Below are positions 12,013 through 24,054 of a DNA stretch of 64,000 nt, one piece after another. Origin of the DNA: Lytechinus pictus (taxonomy: Eukaryota); assembly GCF_037042905.1 (NCBI RefSeq), contig NC_087245.1, forward strand, positions 14,322,001 to 14,386,000, in the 5' to 3' direction. The position numbers and the translations under genes were made by a program. The notes below the pieces were generated by a model that was given only the letters and a program-made list of their open reading frames with translations, ran no database searches and was not told the origin of the DNA. Positions within the stretch are counted from its first letter, which is position 1. Every line of letters begins with the position of its first letter.

Positions 12013-14930
12013 TCCAAATTGTTTATACCAGTGGCAGATCTACCTCTTCGCTAAGAGGGGGTGGGGTGGGGTTGACAAGTTGGTTTGACCAAATGACGAT
12101 GAGCTGCGACGTAATGCATCCTAGCTACCCCCCCCCCCCCCCGATGTAGATCCGCTACTTTTCTGTTTCTCCCAAAACAGGGAAAGGTTGTTGGAGTTTG
12201 ATTCCATACTCTTTTATATATTATGTTTCGGGAACCCGAGGTGGGGATTTAAATCCCCTACCCCACTCCCTGGATCCACCGCTGCATATTACATTTTCTC
12301 TTTTGGGCTCCATTGTCATTGTTTGGAGGGAAAGTGCTGATGGGTTTAAACAGGGCAGTTTCTCCGTCATTCTTAAAGTAATCCAAAACGGGAATAAAAG
12401 GTTCGGGGGCAAAGAAAGTATGGGAAAAGAAAAATCTCAGGCATTAGCGATACAATATTCCAAATTGATAGAATTCAGATGGGAACAATCCAACCACCCC
12501 TCCCCAATATACCATTAAGAAACTTGGCGCTGCCGCCGAGGTTTGAATATTCGTGTTTTGACTTGAAAATATAGTCATTTTATGATATACCTCTGATGTA
12601 ATCTTACGATTTATAAACATGTAAATAGCGTTATAAAATAAAGTAAAAAGCGATTGTGAAATGTTTAGGTTTGATACAAAGAGCTGTAAATAAATGTATA
12701 TTTAGACTAATATTTACACTTAGACCTGCATTATTGTGATAGCAACATAATATCAATAAATCCTGAAAAAAAATCTTATCAAATAAGTGCCTGTACCAGG
12801 ATTTTAAAAGAATGGAGTTCACATTATAAAAAGATGAAGTCTACTGATGTCAAATTGGATATAATGGAATATGAAATTATATCAAAATGGAGATGTCTAA
12901 TGATGTCCCTTGTAAGCTGTATATTTGCCTATTTTATTTCAAGTCGTATATTTTTTTATGTCTGCATTGTGTATATACCATTTGCAAACTGAATGTAATT
13001 CAGCCTTTGGCTGCTATTTTTAGTGATTATTTGAAATAAACCATTCAATAATAATAATGAAAAATGATAATGCTGTGTACCATAAAATTCCATCAACTGT
13101 CATCTTTTATTTTTTTTACCTGTGCATATCAACATTAAAAACCTATATGTAATAGGTGGCAAATGACATCACAATGAGACTTTTTTTTTGGGGGGGGGGT
13201 GGTCATAGTAACTCTGAATTTTTCATAGATTTTTATTTTATCATCAAAATGCTCCTCACAAACCAACTTGTATATTCAAATGTATTTCTATAATATGGAA
13301 GCAAGTACATACTCAGCAAACTAAGCCTTATGCTTGTATTATGTTCAAATATTGTTGCAGTATTTTCCCCCTTTTTTTTCAATCAAAGTAATTCCAAACA
13401 AGAAAAAGAAATTTGTGCTACACTTGAAACCATGACTTCCCTTATTTATGCAAATAATGAAAGGAAATTAAATATTTCGCTTTATCTTCGTAACTTGTCT
13501 TTACTAGAAGAAATAAAAGAAATATGATGATTCTAACAAAGGCACAGATGCTAAGTAGATGTTTTTTAGTTCTTGTTATGTTTTTAAGGAAAATAATAAA
13601 TTGTAAAATCAATAAAAATATTGAATAGCTGATACATGTACAATTACAGAAATTATAAGTGAAAGGTTTATTCAATGAAAAATAATTTAAATAACTAAAT
13701 TTTATTCACACATAGATCTCATTGAGAATATTGGAAATCTACAACATTTGCATTTACATATTTTTCAAAATGTATTTACAGTGAATTTAAAACATATATC
13801 CATAATATTATGTACAAGTAATGATACAGTAAAATTTCATTCTTGTTTATGATAATAATCTAAATTTCCAGGAATCAAGGTGATAATAATTTGGCAAAGA
13901 GATGCCTTTGTGTGGCAACAAGTATACCCATTCTCTTTGCTTCTATACATTGATTTGCAACACACTACAATAATATATTTATTTGCTCCTAAAAGTATAG
14001 AACAGACTTCATTTGAGTTTTGCAATCACGACAGTTAGTTTCACACAATGGGCTTCAATAGAATCACGAACATGTTAAAACTTGACTGTGCTGGCATCTC
14101 TGGGTTTTGTTAAAATGTTTGTAAAGCTGGGAATAACTCCAGGAGAGACTGAAAATATGCATCCCCAATACCTTACACTTCCATACATTAACTGTAGGTC
14201 AACTATACACAGCTAGATGAACAAGTGCTGTGCATATACTAGTACACTTTACATATTGATCCATCTATTCAATCTTGAAAGCGGTGAAATATAAATGTTC
14301 TCAAGGTGATAAATATCTGAGTCAAGATGTAACTATACAGCACTGAATATCAGTTACAACTATCTCCAGCATTTGATTTAATACGAGTGTTGCACTATAA
14401 GCGTTAACTAGACTGTCATCAGTATGAGTAATGGTTTGTGATTTACAAGTGTAGTCCCAGTGCACCAATACTAAATATTAAAGTTCTGCAAAATCCTCCA
14501 AGCATTTGATTAAGAGTGTTATTCTTTGATTATTGGCCAGTCAGGATCTGGTTAATGCCACAGTCACATCGGTGAATCCCACTCCAGACGGATCAAAGCT
14601 ATTACATTAGTTTCAATGACATACCATTGGTTGGTTTGGAGTCGGTTTCCTTGGTGTGACTGTAGAAGAGTGGTGTCTGTGAAGCTCTATAATCATAATG
14701 GACCTTGTGGGTTAGTACAGGGCACTGCCACTGAACGTCAGGTATCATTCCCTCCCGGCATTTCATAGAGTGTTCTAGGGTTGTTGACTAGACAGTATTT
14801 ATTCAAAGAAGTGGTTCTTGCTGTTCGAGTGCAATCCAACATCAATCCCAGAGAGGTACACCACACTAAACTAAGAAATGTTCCCAGCATTTGATTAAAA
14901 GTATTGTTGTCTGCTTGTATGCTTGTCATT

Positions 14931-17900
14931 TTAGTAGGTGTAGTGGTTTGTGCTGTCCCAGTGGGCAACATGTGGAGCCCTCAGTCCCATCTCCCCGTCG
15001 GGTATCTTGGGCATCGGGAGGTTCTTGCCGGTGAATTGAGGAAGGTTGCCGTAGTTATGCATGTTTCTGATGCCGGGGTAGACTGGAGCAATAAAGAAAA
15101 CCAAGAAACGAACGGATCAAAATGATGGGGAAAAGGAGGTGGTTCTGACTCTTTGAGGGTTAATATGTTTATTTCCTTCATCAAGAAATTCATCCATATT
15201 GTGCTGCACTCAACCCAGGTAAGATGAAAGGCTACCCAGCAAGATTAATTACTTGAATGCAGTAAGCATGTGAACATCAGCTCAAGCTAAAGCAGGGTAT
15301 CCAATATGTGCCTCAAAAAAGCTAAATTCTAAATAGATTTTGCTACATTTATCTTACTATTATTTCAGAAAGAGGTATTGTTACCTAATGGTGGTTGAGT
15401 CCTTTCAAATGGTAGGTTTGGTTTCCGATCTCGCTTGGGCCAGTTAGGATCATGCTCCGGGTAGATGTTGGTCATTTCTTGGATGTGCTCAAAGACACCG
15501 GGTTTGCTGGCCTCTGGGTGGTGTGTTCCTGAGGACCACATTGTGGTCTGTAACAGGGTAAAAGAAGAAAATCATGAAGTTAAATTTGAAGACAGCATAA
15601 AAGATTTCAAAATCATTTCCTGAAATGACAAATGTTGTGTATAAGACGTACTCAAAGACACCAGGTGGGTGTTTTGTAAAGCTGTCTGTAAAGTTACGCA
15701 TGAATTTACACAAGACTGAAACATGTTCTTAGGTGCTAAATCAATTACATGAAGCTGTTCATAAGTTACATGTAAGAAGGACTTTAAGAGTAACTGGTGA
15801 TCCTTTCTTGTGATAAATAGTATACACCAAAATGTTCATTGGGGATGGTTTAGTGCATAAGAAAGGATCACCAGTCGTTCTTAAAGTAGTTCTTGACTTA
15901 CCAACAGCTTTATGAAAAATCCACCAGGTGGGTGTTTCATAAATCTGTCTGTAAAAGTTAGGCATGACTTTATGCAAGACTGGAACATGTTCTTCAGGTG
16001 CTAAATCAATCACATATAGTGATATATCACTTGTAACTTTTGATTCTGAGACCAATTGATGTGAGGGGCCATAGCCCTTCTGTGATTGAAACAATCTCTT
16101 AATTATTGACATGTGCTGAGTAAAGATTATTGAAGCTTCATCTGTACATGTATCATTGTATGTATCCTGTTTACTGTGTATAAGCATACAAATACTTGCC
16201 ATCAAAGTTGTGTTAAATATCACGTCTGTGCCATTGCATAAAACTTTCCAGGTTTTTTTTCCTTTTTTTTCTTTTTCTTTATCATTATTATTTATATATT
16301 TTTTCTTTTTTTCTTATGATGTTATGATTACTTGTAAATAGTTTAATTATGTTTGATTTGTTATTTTTGTTTATACTTGGTCTGTGTTGACCCAATAAAA
16401 CATATAAATACCCCAAAAAAGATTATTGAAGCTAGCCTGTGTTAAAATAGTGTTCATTTTGACGAAGTGAAATTTGTGTAGTGCCCTTGTAAACTTTGAT
16501 CAGTTTCTTTAACAACCCAGTTTAGAATGATAAGGAGGTTTCATTGTACATGTTTTAGTTTTGTTTTGTTTTTGTTTTTTTAACAAAAGGACAGTGCATA
16601 ATGTGACTGGGCTGATAAAACCTTGTATCTCAAAATCTAAATTTTTTTAGGGTGGCTTAGAAAAGGCTGTATTTCAAAAATATAGCAATGGTGGCAGTCT
16701 CATATTGTCTGGTAACAGTCTCCAGAACCTGTGAAGAAATCTTTCGAGGCAAAGGAAGGTTGATATGAAATGCTACCAATGTTATAACTCTAAGATCTAG
16801 CTTATTCTGAGTTCTCATCAAATTATTTAAATTTTGAGACACAAGGTTTTATCATCCTAGCCACGATATGTCTCTTAGAGGAAGAATTATGACATGCTTA
16901 CCATGGTTGAGTTTGATTGAATTTATCACAAATAGATGTACAAATATTATAATTAATTAAGAGCTAGGTAACTTACCATCGGATGTGAGTTGGTCCCTGG
17001 GTATGAATCTGATGTGGCAATCTTAGCATCATTTACATTTCTCATGAATGTTTCTGAGCCTTTTGGTTCTAAGCTTATTTCAGCTGGTGGGCTGCAGAGA
17101 CAGAAATAAAAGAAAACACATATTAATGAATAACATGATTGAGAAATAATAGAACACATAGATAAAAAAGAAGCAATTCCTATGCCGAGCCAACTGATTA
17201 ATTCCTACAAGCTATCTTGTAAGTTTTTAGCTGGGGATTTGGTCGAAACCAATTAGGGGCAATTTACAGAAAATAATAAAATATCAGTAATTAAGATGAT
17301 TGAGAAAAAATAGAATACATAGAATGCAATGGGACAACCATAGAAAAAAAAGAAACCATTTCAATGTCCAGCCAACTGATTAATTCCTTCAAGCTACAGT
17401 TGCGCTCAAAAGTTAGTGATCCTCACCACAAAATGCACTCCTTCATGCTGATTGCTGAATGTAGACAACAACAACAATACAATATTTGGCGAGCCCAGAC
17501 AAACAAACTTTATTGAATGTAATATCCTATCACCTGACTTCAAAATCAGATATTATCTAAAGCATGGCAGAAATTGAACACTTTAAATATGTTCATTTTC
17601 TGGTGGGGTTCACTAACTTTTTAGCACCACTGTATGTATCGGATGCCAAAACAATGCGTCATTAAGATATGAAGAAGTAGATTACAACAATACTAGTTTC
17701 AAGCATTTTCATGATAAACAACTTTTAGTTTTAAAGTGGCTTTATTGTGCTTATAACTCACCTGCCCAAATTACATGATTTTATCACGTGTGAAGTGTTG
17801 AAATTACATGTACATGCATTCGGATTATGATGAGTTCCATTTATATTCTTTTACAAAATACCAGTTGGTAATCATTCTCTGAAAATGCATGAAACTTGCA

Positions 17901-20900
17901 TAGATGTATTTGTAGCTTTCTATTGGTGTAAAATTCACCAATTCCATATTTTGCTTTCATAGAGACATCTTAACATTTAGGAGCAAAATAATTTCAATAG
18001 CTATCCAGATTGACCATACATTCGAACCATGATAAGAAATCATTCTATGAAGAACATCAACCCTAACTAAACTTACGTTTTGGTCAATCCTCCAGAAGTC
18101 ATCTCTGTGGGTCCTTTAGAAACAGTGTTCATTCTCTGTCCTACTCCACTATCAATTCCCACTGTGTCGGTTCTGAAGAGGGTTTGCTGGTGATGTGTTT
18201 CAAGTTCCTAAAAAGAAAGAAACCATCATTCTAATGTTGTTACAGCTATTCATCTATAAAAAGAAGACCCCAGTACTACACCCATCTTTATTAATTATGA
18301 AAAAAAATATATATTACCGGATGTTTGTGCAGGAGTCGATGGTGTCTAGTGTCATTAAAAAGTGAATTTTCTCATGATTTGTATTGGCACTAATTAATGT
18401 TCAAGCATTAATGTAAGTCAGGGGCCGATTGCACGAAAGGGTCTTTCCAAGGACCGTCTTTCGTGTCGCCCATCTTTTATGATGCGCTATAAGCGGGGTG
18501 TTTCTGAAATTTATGATAAACAAACAAAATTCGTAGGCTTGCTTTTAAATCAAATTTTATACAATTTCATGAGATATCACATCATTTTATAAACAAATAT
18601 TTTGTTTATTTTAACGGACAAATAAAATATATTTGCAGATAATTTATTTGAAATGCGTTTCACATGGCGTATCATAAAAGATGGGCGACACGAAAGACGG
18701 TCCTTGGAAAGACCCTTTCGAGCAATCGGCCCCAGGTCGTCAAGACATACATGATAGACTGATTGCAATTGCTCAGCTCCATACTCTTTTATGGAAAGTT
18801 TATGTAGCATATTTTGAAACTAAACTATTGATGTCACTGTACTTGTTCAATCTTGTGCAATGGTTAGAACTGCTCCTTGTTAGTAAAGAATCATTAGATA
18901 GAATTTCCTTCAGCAAGGAATTCATCCACAGTGTGCTGCATTTGACCCAGTTGAGGTAAATGGGTACCGGCAGGAAATAATTCCTCAAAAAGCTGTGTGC
19001 ACCTGAATAGGTAGCCTAGCTTACCCAGGTAATAATAATAGCAGGGCCCGCTGGGAGAACAGTTTTTTTAACTAAAGTGGCTACCTGGGTAAACATACCT
19101 TTATTATTATATTATCATAGAATCCTACATGTAAATGTATACCATTAATGTTTCAATAAGATTTTTTTCTTCTTAAGATGCCTTAGATACATGTACAGTC
19201 CAGACCAAAAAATGCACATTAGAAAAATTGATACATTGCCTGTATGAAGAAAACAGGGAATTTTACAAAAGCAAGGTTTAAAAATAAATGTCTCTCACCT
19301 CAAGAGCAGTTCTTATATCTTCAACATGTTGTGCTAGGTGTCTTTCAATGTATTCTTGACCATTGATAGCTGCACTCTTTTGGCTACACGTTCTCTTCAT
19401 TTCCTGTAGTACACTCTTTGCTTTCAAAACATTGGCTGTCAAAACTAAAATGATGCAAAAGTATAAGAAATATAATTAGCTTGAAAAACTTAGAGTAAAA
19501 ATAAATTGATTGAAATCATGTCTTTATTGATTCTAAGATAAACTACATGTTGACATACAATCCAGGTCATTGGTTCTATTCTGAATGCATGGCAGGACAG
19601 GCGCGTAGCCAGGGGGGGGCGGTGGGGGCGGTCGCCCCCCCCAAAACGTCCCCAAAAAGAAAAAAAAGAAGGGAAAAAAAGAGAGGAGAAAAGGAAAAGC
19701 GAAGGGAAGAAAGGGAAGAAAGGTAGCTTTGTGGGTTTTTCCTTTTATTCTTTATTTTTTTTTTTCAAAAAGAGAAACTCCTTCACTCTTGCTCTAAATT
19801 TATATATATGAATTTTGCTTCCGCGCTGCGCGCGGATAAATGACAATATTGCAGTTCTCCTCTGTTTCCCCCACCCTTTCTCTAACCCTTTTTTTCCACC
19901 TCAGCTATACGTGTTTCTTGCCAGTTCAAGTTCAAATGTATACATGAGGGCATGGAATTAGAGTAAGGTTAGGCCGAAGTGTATGAAGTCTTTTTTTTTT
20001 CAAATTGATCGCGAAACTTCTGGTCGGGTTGACTCCAGGCGGGTCAAATCTTTATATCAATTTCTGCCGTCACCTCCACTAGGGCAACTTCTCCCGCTTT
20101 TCAACTCATTATTTAACAACCATAATTTTGGGGCAAACGGGTTTCTAATTAAAAAAAAAGAAGGTATAAAATTCGTGTCGTATCAAATAAAAAAGTACAA
20201 TATTTTTTAAATCAAATTCTAGTAAATTTCATGTCATTTCCCTGCCCTGTCCTATTTTGCGCCCTCAGTTTGAAATTTTGAATGACACTTAAGTTTCTTT
20301 ATCGTTAAAAATGAAGCGCTTCAAGATTAGTCAAAGACATTATACATCATCCTTTTTATATAATTTTAATAAATCACAGAAGTTTCAACTTTTTGAGCGG
20401 TATTTTCCTTGTAATGAAGTTAAATAATCTTAGAAAATCAATTGAATTAGAACCGCTGGGTATAGAGATATCTGCATGTAATGAAACGTCCGACCTTTAA
20501 GATTTCAGAGTTTCATTGCTCTGCGCGGGGAAGAATATCTTCCTCCCGGCATATCTTCTCCTCTGTTTTGCGAGTTAAAGATATGCACTGTGGCTAAATT
20601 GTAATCAAATCTGATCTTTCCGAGGGAAGCATTCAATATGACTTAGAGAATACCATTATTTCGGGACCCTTTTCTTTGCCAAAAAATTATAAAATGCATG
20701 AGCTTCCGCGCTTCGAGCGGGGTAATTATTATTATAATTTCCTTTATTTTATCCCTTTTTGTGCGTTCACAATCACTTTTGAAAACAAGATTCAAAATCA
20801 CAATAGAGTGAACTGAATTGGAGCTGATACAGGCAGGGTTGGAAACAGGTACTAGAGACAAGATAGACGGCTCCTTTTCATTTTAATTTATGAAACACCG

Positions 20901-21734
20901 AAAGCTTCGCGCTTCGCAAGGGAGGGGGAAACTCCCCCTCCCTGCACCCACCCCCTAGGGAGCGCGCTTCGCGCGCTCTGTAAGTGTTGGCACGCTTCGC
21001 GTGCACTTACCGCCCCCTCCAAAATGAAATCCTGGCTACGCGGTTGTGGCAGGACAATCACAAATGTACAATACATTAATTATAATCATATTATACAGAC
21101 ATTTATATATATATATATCACAGTAAAAATTGTAATTTTGGAATAAGGTGAAGTATGGTCGTGCATACCCCCTACAGGCATTAAAAATGAATTTAAAAAA
21201 ATATTATATTTAATATCATGCATTTAACTATTTCATTTATGCTTGACATGGCAAAATACACACATTAGATACAGTCCCAAGCAAACTTACATTTAAACAA
21301 ATAAGACACAGGTTAAAATGCTATATACAGATGAAAAATTACAACAGGAAATTGTCACAACAGGAAAATGAAAAATGATTTTCATATTCATTATCGTATG
21401 TACAAATACATATGAAATTAAAAAAGGAAACGTCGATTCCATACGTCCTACAAAGTGTACACATCTGGTAAATGATGATCCTACCTAGACAAAACTGATC
21501 AGACTACTCACATCTCACCAGTGGGCCATCCACCCAGTACTCTTTATTCTGCTTGACCTCTGGTCGAAGGTCACTGACCATCTTCCCCAAACGGTTCAAC
21601 ACTTCCCATGACCTTTCATCTATGACAGACTGTTGCCTCTGAAGACAGTTCAGACCCTCCAGAACACTGGTACAAGCATTGAAAAATTCTGCTCGGGTAT
21701 AAGGCGTTGCTGGATTAGCCGAGGTAACACTCAT
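14931..21734 (-). CDS. Uncharacterised protein A (309 aa): N-terminal helical-bundle domain plus Pro/Gly/His-rich tail
   Basis: Minus-strand coding exons 21734-21512, 19444-19299, 18207-18077, 17091-16977, 15547-15385, 15082-14931, all GT-AG with polypyrimidine tracts, in frame (930 nt). Starts MSVTSANPATPYTRAEFFNACTSVLEGLNCL, ends GLRAPHVAHWDSTNHYTY*. The ATG exon has an acceptor at 21754, so a non-coding exon lies upstream. Confidence 0.88.
15661..16015. mobile_element. Tandem/nested palindromic MITE copies in gene A intron
   Basis: Direct repeat of about 90 bp (15661-15750 vs 15924-16015) surrounding an inverted-arm element (AAGCTGTT...CTGGTGATCCTTTCTT / AAGAAAGGATCACCAG...AACAGCTT). Confidence 0.6.
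17397..17632. mobile_element. Tc1/mariner-type MITE
   Basis: TA|CAGTTGCGCTCAAAAGTTAGTGA ... TCACTAACTTTTTAGCACCACTG|TA. Confidence 0.7.
18422..18732. mobile_element. PIF/Harbinger (Tourist-like) MITE
   Basis: Near-perfect TIRs of about 60 bp (GGGCCGATTGCACGAAAGGGTCTTTCCAAGGACCGTCTTTCGTGTCGCCCATCTTTTATGAT) and a 3-bp CAG duplication. Confidence 0.8.
19598..21046. mobile_element. Non-autonomous hAT element in gene A intron
   Basis: TIRs CAGGCGCGTAGCCAGG / CCTGGCTACGCGGTTG; perfect 8-bp TSD TGGCAGGA (19590-19597, 21047-21054); no transposase ORF. Confidence 0.85.
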
Positions 21735-22816
21735 GATGAATAGTTGTTTATTCCCTGAAAGAAGTAGAAGTATGATGAACATCCACTTTTAAAAGATGTG
21801 GAGCTTCACAAGTGATAGTGATACTATGCTAACTTCTTTTTATCATTCTTTGTTTGTCTGTCAGCTGTCTGTAGGTCTACATGTATACTATATTAAAATA
21901 ACAATAAAACCAATAGGCAATATATTTTCATAGGAATAAAAAGAGCAGACGACAGTGGATCAGTGTAGGTAAGATTGCCTGTTACTGTTTGTTAGGCCGG
22001 TTACTAGTTACTGTAGTCTTAGCAATTACGCTATGCCTAGATCCTGTGTGTGAACCTGGACTGCGGGCCCCAGCAAAAATCTTCACCGAATGTCAAGTTA
22101 CATGTAATCTGCAATTGCCATAATAATCAAGTTTCCCATTAAGTACAGAAAGGGCGGCACATTCATTATTTGTACATGTATGCTTGTGAGTTGTGACGCT
22201 CATTAAGTTCAATCACACGTCGTCGATTGTCGACAGCTGTAATACTACTCAAGGTGGTGTGGACATAACCAAACTTTAGCCATAGCCTACATCGCACATC
22301 AACATTCAAAGGCAGGGACGAGATTGAAATTCAGCAAATGAGGCCCGTGTTCAGAAAATATATCAATTGTTAATACAAAGCTATATTTTAAGCATTTTTT
22401 TGTCATTCTAAATCTAAAGTCAAAGATAAAACTCATAGGCCTATATTTTTTCGCCTCGTTACTGCATTCTTGTTCTATTGGCATTAATGGCAATACCATT
22501 GGTCTGTGAAATTGATCTATGCTACATGTACGCGTACAAAATTGCTTTCGTATGCAGTAATATGCGCGTCCAGTATCATGACATGATCACGAGTGTCCTG
22601 TGTCTGTGATACAAATTATGATCATGATGATATGTGACCATTACAAGAAATTTTGAAATGACGAAAAAAATAGACACAAATTTGTGAAAAAAATAACGAA
22701 ACGGGTGGGACAACTCGGCCCGCAGCATTCTTCCAAAGTTCCAGTATTTGTGGTAAGGTAAGATTTTTGAGAGCTGAGAAGTGAGAGCTTGCCCTGGCCT
22801 GAGCCAATACCGAGCT

Positions 22817-23125
22817 TAGCCAGGCGGCTTCTTGAGAGTAAAAATCATTTACTAACGTAGCCTCGTAGGCTTACTATAGTATAAACGAAGCCAGGCAGTC
22901 CTCCCTATTCATCTGCGTGTAGGCCTACTAGTACTGCTACTGGTACTGCAAAAAACCCTGAAACTTTCGCCCCCGAGATTTCTACTTTCCTTCTAAAAGA
23001 TCTAGGATTAGGAACCTAGCTCTAATCATCTAAATCATGTAGGACCTACATGGGATAAAACTGGCTTCGTTTAGAGTAAGCCTACGTTAGTAAATGATTT
23101 TTACTCTCAAGAAGCCGCCTGGCTA
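22817..23125. mobile_element. MITE with long TIRs and 8-bp TSD
   Basis: TAGCCAGGCGGCTTCTTGAGAGTAAAAATCATTTACTAACGTAG and its reverse complement; ACCGAGCT duplicated at 22809-22816 and 23126-23133. Confidence 0.85.
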
Positions 23126-23411
23126 ACCGAGCTAGCGCGGACTGGCGTAGCCGTAGGCGCTTAGGCCGTATATCACCACCGTCCATTGGCATAGAGGCGG
23201 GACCGGACTGGGCCGGGGTAGGCGCGGGCACAAGCCCCCCGATGCGGCGACCCATGTTATACGGAATTACGGTAACGTTTGAATATAATTATAAATTGAT
23301 TTTCACATCATCAAATACTACGGTATGTTAAACGTCTTTATTTTCAACTTGTTAATAACTAATTAATTGTAGCCCCATCGGTTTTATAGAAATTAGATTT
23401 AGATTACTCAC

Positions 23412-23480
23412 AATTGTAGTTCAAAAGTTCAGCTAATTTTTAGTTTTTCTTAGTCGTGTTTTTGCAGCGCATACCGGTAC
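23412..23480 (-). other. Probable non-coding first exon of gene A
   Basis: Consensus minus-strand donor GTGAGT at 23411-23406 next to the CpG-richer region between genes A and B. The 5' limit is a guess. Confidence 0.45.
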
Positions 23481-24054
23481 GTACCGTACATACACGATAT
23501 GCAGCTAAATCATGAGCTGACCGACCTTACAAATTTTAGGTCAAACAAAATTGGTTCATTATAATTAAAAATAGATTTATTTATAGTTTAATTATTATTT
23601 TTAAGTACATTTAACTTACAAATTTAAAATAAAATGGTATATTAAAATAATTTAGAAAACCAAAATTACAATACTTGGAATAAATAATAAAAAAATATAT
23701 ATTAACGCGTTCACTTTTATTGTGATTAGCTTCATGCAAGCAGAAGTTTGTTGATAGCAACGGCCAGCTGGCACAATAACCCACGTGCAGTGATATTGTA
23801 TGTAAACAAAAGGGCGTTGACTACCGATCGCAAAGCTTAGCAAAGGCACGGTTTGCATCGGGTCTAACGTTCATAGTCTAAATAAAAAAAATGATGTTGA
23901 TTAAACTGCATGGTTTTTCTGTTTGATAGTTCTAATAGCTGAGTTCTAACCGCCACTTACTTCGAACAACACTCGCACCGAATTTAACCTGTTCTTCGGC
24001 TTCGAGCGATTATCTCTTGCCACTTTTATTTTGAGCAGACGCCACCAAGCAATT
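23480..24054. promoter_or_regulatory. Candidate bidirectional promoter of genes A and B
   Basis: Short interval between divergent 5' ends. RFX X-box-like GTTGATAGCAAC at 23750-23761, forkhead consensus TGTAAACAAA at 23801-23810, E-box CACGTG at 23782-23787. Confidence 0.55.

Noticed and set aside
15759-16223. 154-aa minus-strand ORF in a gene A intron
   Set aside because: Runs through MITE sequence, has no recognisable domain, and is not needed for the spliced model.
18077-18207. Possible frameshift or bicistronic structure in gene A
   Set aside because: Careful re-reading shows exon 3 is open in phase 0 (ELETHHQQTLF...), so the gene is one continuous ORF.
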